From positions 1-43,796 of the IMG/VR virus record IMGVR_UViG_3300028586_000036: a stretch of 43,796 nt of DNA. One strand, 5' to 3'. Positions 40,856 through 43,796 of this stretch are shown here, one piece after another; the stretch's first letter is position 1; each line of letters begins with the position of its first letter. The notes beneath the pieces were generated by a model that saw nothing but the letters and a program-made list of their open reading frames with translations, was not told where the DNA came from and ran no database searches. Position numbers and translations under genes: made by a program. The stretch comes from a virus (lineage: Duplodnaviria > Caudoviricetes).

Positions 40856-41212
40856 TCATTCCCTGTATCCGTCGTAAATCTCAATCGACGGCCAGCCTTG
40901 CGGTTGCATCTGAATTACGCACTTTCCATGCTTTTCGATGAAAGTGAGGATATCTGCCATTCCTCCTAGCTCGATGAACCACCCTATATCTCCCATAGGG
41001 TAGGTTCGCTGTATCCCCACGTCCGTAACCTTGTGGTTCTGGCCTTCGCTGGCCCACGTGCGACCTGGGCACCTTGCGTCATGCTCTTCCGCGCTTTTGA
41101 AGGTTCTCTGATCGATCCTATCAAAACGCCGTTTGGTCGATCGATCTACGGGTGGATCATCATCCCCCCATAGGCTGGTTCTCATTACCTGAAATTCCAT
41201 CTCAATCCCCAT
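40856..41212 (-). CDS. Hypothetical protein
   Basis: 'V.RTS', C-terminal 'IEIYD.YRE' phage motif. Confidence 0.75.
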   Translation of the reverse strand: MGIEMEFQVMRTSLWGDDDPPVDRSTKRRFDRIDQRTFKSAEEHDARCPGRTWASEGQNHKVTDVGIQRTYPMGDIGWFIELGGMADILTFIEKHGKCVIQMQPQGWPSIEIYDGYRE

Positions 41213-41257
41213 GCTCTGCGATAAGCGCCTGGATCTGCGCGACGAACTCGGATGCTT

Positions 41258-41584
41258 TCATTCTTTCTCCGCATACAAGAGGATGTACAGCTTGCATAGC
41301 GCCTCCAAAGGCGTATCAGCATAACGAATGTGATCACCCACGTCAGCGCTCCACTCTACGGACTCGCTCACTTCCGACTCATGCCGATTTAGGTCGCAGC
41401 CCATAACATCCAGAAGAGGCCCGCCATGCTGCCAAAGCTCTGATGGCCGGTATTCGTCGACCATCATTCCAGATGAGCCATCAGCTAGAACCCACTGGCC
41501 GCCAAGCCATGCATCCGGCTTGATCGTCCAGCCGTTAGCCAGCCCTACGGCAATGTCTAAATCCTTTCCTGATAGCTGGGTCAT
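41258..41584 (-). CDS. NinX/DUF2591-like protein
   Basis: 'LSG..LD.AV..A.G', 'Y.PS..W..GGPL', 'TPL.A.C'. Confidence 0.8.
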   Translation of the reverse strand: MTQLSGKDLDIAVGLANGWTIKPDAWLGGQWVLADGSSGMMVDEYRPSELWQHGGPLLDVMGCDLNRHESEVSESVEWSADVGDHIRYADTPLEALCKLYILLYAEKE

Positions 41585-41880
41585 TGCTGGCCTCCGAACT
41601 TATCGCGGTGAGCAATCGCTGCGACATGCTGGGCGGCATCTCTTGACTGGACGGCTGCCCTTTCAGCCGAGGAGGCGGCATCGGCTGCGCTACTTGCGGG
41701 ATCAGTGCACTCGGTTCGGTAGGACTCCGTTCTTACGAAGCCACGATTATGGCCCAGCCTAGTGCTAGCTTCTCTCACTTCAATTCGATCCGGAGGCGCC
41801 AAGTTCCGCACCACCACATCCAGCTTATCGCTGATCCCACCCAGCAGGCGGGCGATTTCTTCTAGCTTGTCTTGGTTCAT
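41581..41880 (-). CDS. Hypothetical protein
   Basis: Start MNQDKL at 41880 with ATGA coupling. Confidence 0.65.
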   Translation of the reverse strand: MNQDKLEEIARLLGGISDKLDVVVRNLAPPDRIEVREASTRLGHNRGFVRTESYRTECTDPASSAADAASSAERAAVQSRDAAQHVAAIAHRDKFGGQQ

Positions 41881-42134
41881 TTCTCCTCTTCCTTTTTCTG
41901 AGTGCTGCGCGGCATTGGCGGAACTTCCATCCACGACCTATCTGGGGGACGCTCGGCCTGAGTTTCACCACGGTCGATAGCTTGCATATCTTCGACCGTT
42001 GCGTCTACCCACGCAGACCTGTGCGGCTTCTTGTCGTATACGCGGTAAAGCTGGTGCGGCAGATACCAAAACTCCACTTGCAAGATCAGCTTTTTCCTCC
42101 AGCCGATCCGGTACCTCGTTCTCCCGGTCAGCAT
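41877..42134 (-). CDS. Hypothetical protein
   Basis: 'LTGRTRYR.GW..KLILQVE...W.DA..ED' family. Confidence 0.75.
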   Translation of the reverse strand: MLTGRTRYRIGWRKKLILQVEFWYLPHQLYRVYDKKPHRSAWVDATVEDMQAIDRGETQAERPPDRSWMEVPPMPRSTQKKEEEK

Positions 42135-42328
42135 TTATTGATGTCCACAGACTGTTCCGCCGACATGCGGTAGACGCTCACAATTACCAGCAGGACGAAG
42201 AACGACCAGAAGACGCCATGCGCCCAGCCTGGCGCATCAAATCTGTCCAGTAGAAGCCATCCTACCGCGCCGGTGATCAGCGGGAAGCGAGGTGGCATGT
42301 TGGCGTGCGAGATGTATTTCTTCTTCAT
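42128..42328 (-). CDS. Small two-TM membrane protein
   Basis: Hydrophobic 66-aa ORF, coupled. Confidence 0.7.
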   Translation of the reverse strand: MKKKYISHANMPPRFPLITGAVGWLLLDRFDAPGWAHGVFWSFFVLLVIVSVYRMSAEQSVDINKC

Positions 42329-42552
42329 TGCTGGGCTTCCTTGCTGTCGTGATGGCGAATCAGCGCGCCTAGCTGCTCATCTACACGCCGCTGCAAAGCA
42401 GACACTCCAAACATGCGGCCGAACCGATCAAACGTCCTTTCCAAGATCCATGTCGACTTGGCATAGTCTCGATGATGCTCAGGCAGTCTCAGGAATGCAG
42501 GGCATCCGGTCCAGTGCTCTGCGTGCGCTTTTGCTCGCTTGGCTACTTTCAT
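42325..42552 (-). CDS. Hypothetical protein
   Basis: ATGA-coupled. Confidence 0.6.
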   Translation of the reverse strand: MKVAKRAKAHAEHWTGCPAFLRLPEHHRDYAKSTWILERTFDRFGRMFGVSALQRRVDEQLGALIRHHDSKEAQQ

Positions 42553-42716
42553 CCCTTCACTCCCAAATGATTCACATACCCGACTGTCGTGCTCATCGAG
42601 TGCTGGGGCTTCTGCTCGGCCAGCGCCAGGTCACGAACGCGGCGCATCTCTGGCGACAGGGTTACGGGTGCGGACTTCCAGTTGCGGGTGCTGGGGGCGG
42701 TTTTCATCGGGGTCAT
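42549..42716 (-). CDS. 55-aa hypothetical protein, not in the track
   Basis: Fills the gap with ATGA overlaps at both ends (MTPMKTAPSTRNW...VKG). Confidence 0.55.
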   Translation of the reverse strand: MTPMKTAPSTRNWKSAPVTLSPEMRRVRDLALAEQKPQHSMSTTVGYVNHLGVKG

Positions 42717-42964
42717 TCTTGAGCCTTTATATTACGGATTGCCTCTACAACCTTGAACCATCCAGCTCCTGGCCGGATAGCGGGAGAAAGCCGCTGCTCT
42801 TTGCACTCAGCCATTATTTCCGACCAAGCGATGTCAGCAGCGGCGTTAATTCCCTCTCGCCAAGCCTTATCCGCATGCTCTTGCATCTGCTGCGGGCTGA
42901 AATACACGTTTCCGGATGGGTGCTGCGTCAAAGCTGGCGGCGGCAGGGGGATTCGATTGCTCAT
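42713..42964 (-). CDS. Hypothetical protein
   Basis: Start MSNRIPLP at 42964; 'FSPQQMQEHA' motif. Confidence 0.65.
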   Translation of the reverse strand: MSNRIPLPPPALTQHPSGNVYFSPQQMQEHADKAWREGINAAADIAWSEIMAECKEQRLSPAIRPGAGWFKVVEAIRNIKAQE

Positions 42965-43443
42965 GCTGATTCCAATTGATTTTTTGCCGTAATTGCGACT
43001 GCCACAGCCGCCCACGCGTGCGAACTTACGCCATACAGCGGCCCAGGATTCGACTTGACTCCGATCTGCGGCACCTTGCCTCCACCCGTTGCCGGGAATA
43101 GGTCGATGATCGCTTGACGAATATTGCCGTCCTTAGCCTTCATCGTGCCGCACAGGTGCATCTTTACGTCCTTGCGATAGATCAACATCACATCGTCCGG
43201 CGCAATCCATGCCTGCTGATACCTTCCGATCCATCGCACCGTCTCGAAAACGTCCTTTCCTACGCTCATTCCGTAACTGGCGATCATCTCGATAGCAAGA
43301 AAATCGGCGGCATCGTCTGACATTTGGATAACTCCAATCAAGCAAGAGTTTTCCATCACACCGCTGTTACGAACAGCGCTATCCGAATAAAGGCACCACC
43401 CCGAATGAGTAGTCCCAGGATCAATTGCCAAGATTCTTGTCAT
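42961..43443 (-). CDS. RuvC-like Holliday junction resolvase
   Basis: 'ILAIDPG..SG', 'LAIEM..SYGM.VG..VFET..WIGR', 'H.W.A.AVA'; start ATG 43443. Confidence 0.85.
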   Translation of the reverse strand: MTRILAIDPGTTHSGWCLYSDSAVRNSGVMENSCLIGVIQMSDDAADFLAIEMIASYGMSVGKDVFETVRWIGRYQQAWIAPDDVMLIYRKDVKMHLCGTMKAKDGNIRQAIIDLFPATGGGKVPQIGVKSNPGPLYGVSSHAWAAVAVAITAKNQLESA

Positions 43444-43772
43444 CCCTCCTCCCGCTTCAGCCGCGCCAGCAGCCCAGGCACCCACCACTTAGCCGCGCGG
43501 CCTTCTGTGTCGCCGTGCTCGCGGATCAGGAGGCCGTTGCGCGCCAGAAGCCGCAGCCGACTGCGCACCAGCTCCAGCGGATCGCCAAGGATCTCAGCGA
43601 TACGCAGCGTGTTAGCCCCATTGCGAGCGCAGGTTTGCTCCTGCTCATCCCGCGTCGACAGCAGATATCGGCGCGATCCCGGCGAGAATCCGTCGATCTT
43701 CTCGCGGCAGGCTTCCTCTACCGCATCGATCACAACACCCTGCCACTCGGCTACTTCCATCTGCGCGCTCAT
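43440..43772 (-). CDS. Winged-HTH protein
   Basis: 'T.RIA..LG.....VRSRL..L...GL...W'. Confidence 0.7.
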   Translation of the reverse strand: MSAQMEVAEWQGVVIDAVEEACREKIDGFSPGSRRYLLSTRDEQEQTCARNGANTLRIAEILGDPLELVRSRLRLLARNGLLIREHGDTEGRAAKWWVPGLLARLKREEG

Positions 43773-43796
43773 TCCCCCCCCCTCAATTATTTCGAT

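Noticed and set aside
1-43796. Alternative genetic code or stop-codon reassignment
   Set aside because: All core genes are full length under the standard code, with tight start/stop coupling.

Overview
The window reads as an essentially complete, circularly permuted ~43.8 kb tailed-phage (siphovirus-type) genome, probably from a proteobacterial host. The host cannot be named from sequence alone. Two early arms diverge from back-to-back sigma70-like promoters at ~6.23-6.29 kb. The leftward arm carries a Cro-like HTH, NinB, an HNH-AP2 nuclease, a replication initiator, a DnaB/gp4-like helicase domain, an unlisted RHH regulator and small accessory genes. It wraps across the window ends through a RuvC-like resolvase into the late operon: putative head-fibre pair, TerS/TerL, portal, protease/scaffold, capsid, neck, tail and a six-gene lysis cassette, all on the minus strand. 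The rightward arm carries RecT, a YqaJ exonuclease, an HNH-AP2 nuclease, RNase H and many small genes. I found no integrase, CI-type repressor, primase or polymerase. Most unusual: (i) an RNase H gene flanked by ~540 nt and ~240 nt of densely base-paired non-coding sequence, whose 5' part has the same c4/P4-CI-like antisense architecture as an element in front of the replication initiator; (ii) a two-gene cassette of signal-peptide-bearing, G/A/S/N/Q-rich proteins resembling a secreted fibre or amyloid system; (iii) a very reduced tail-tip gene set; (iv) a holin-like gene overprinted on the endolysin. All family assignments are motif recognition by eye, not database results.
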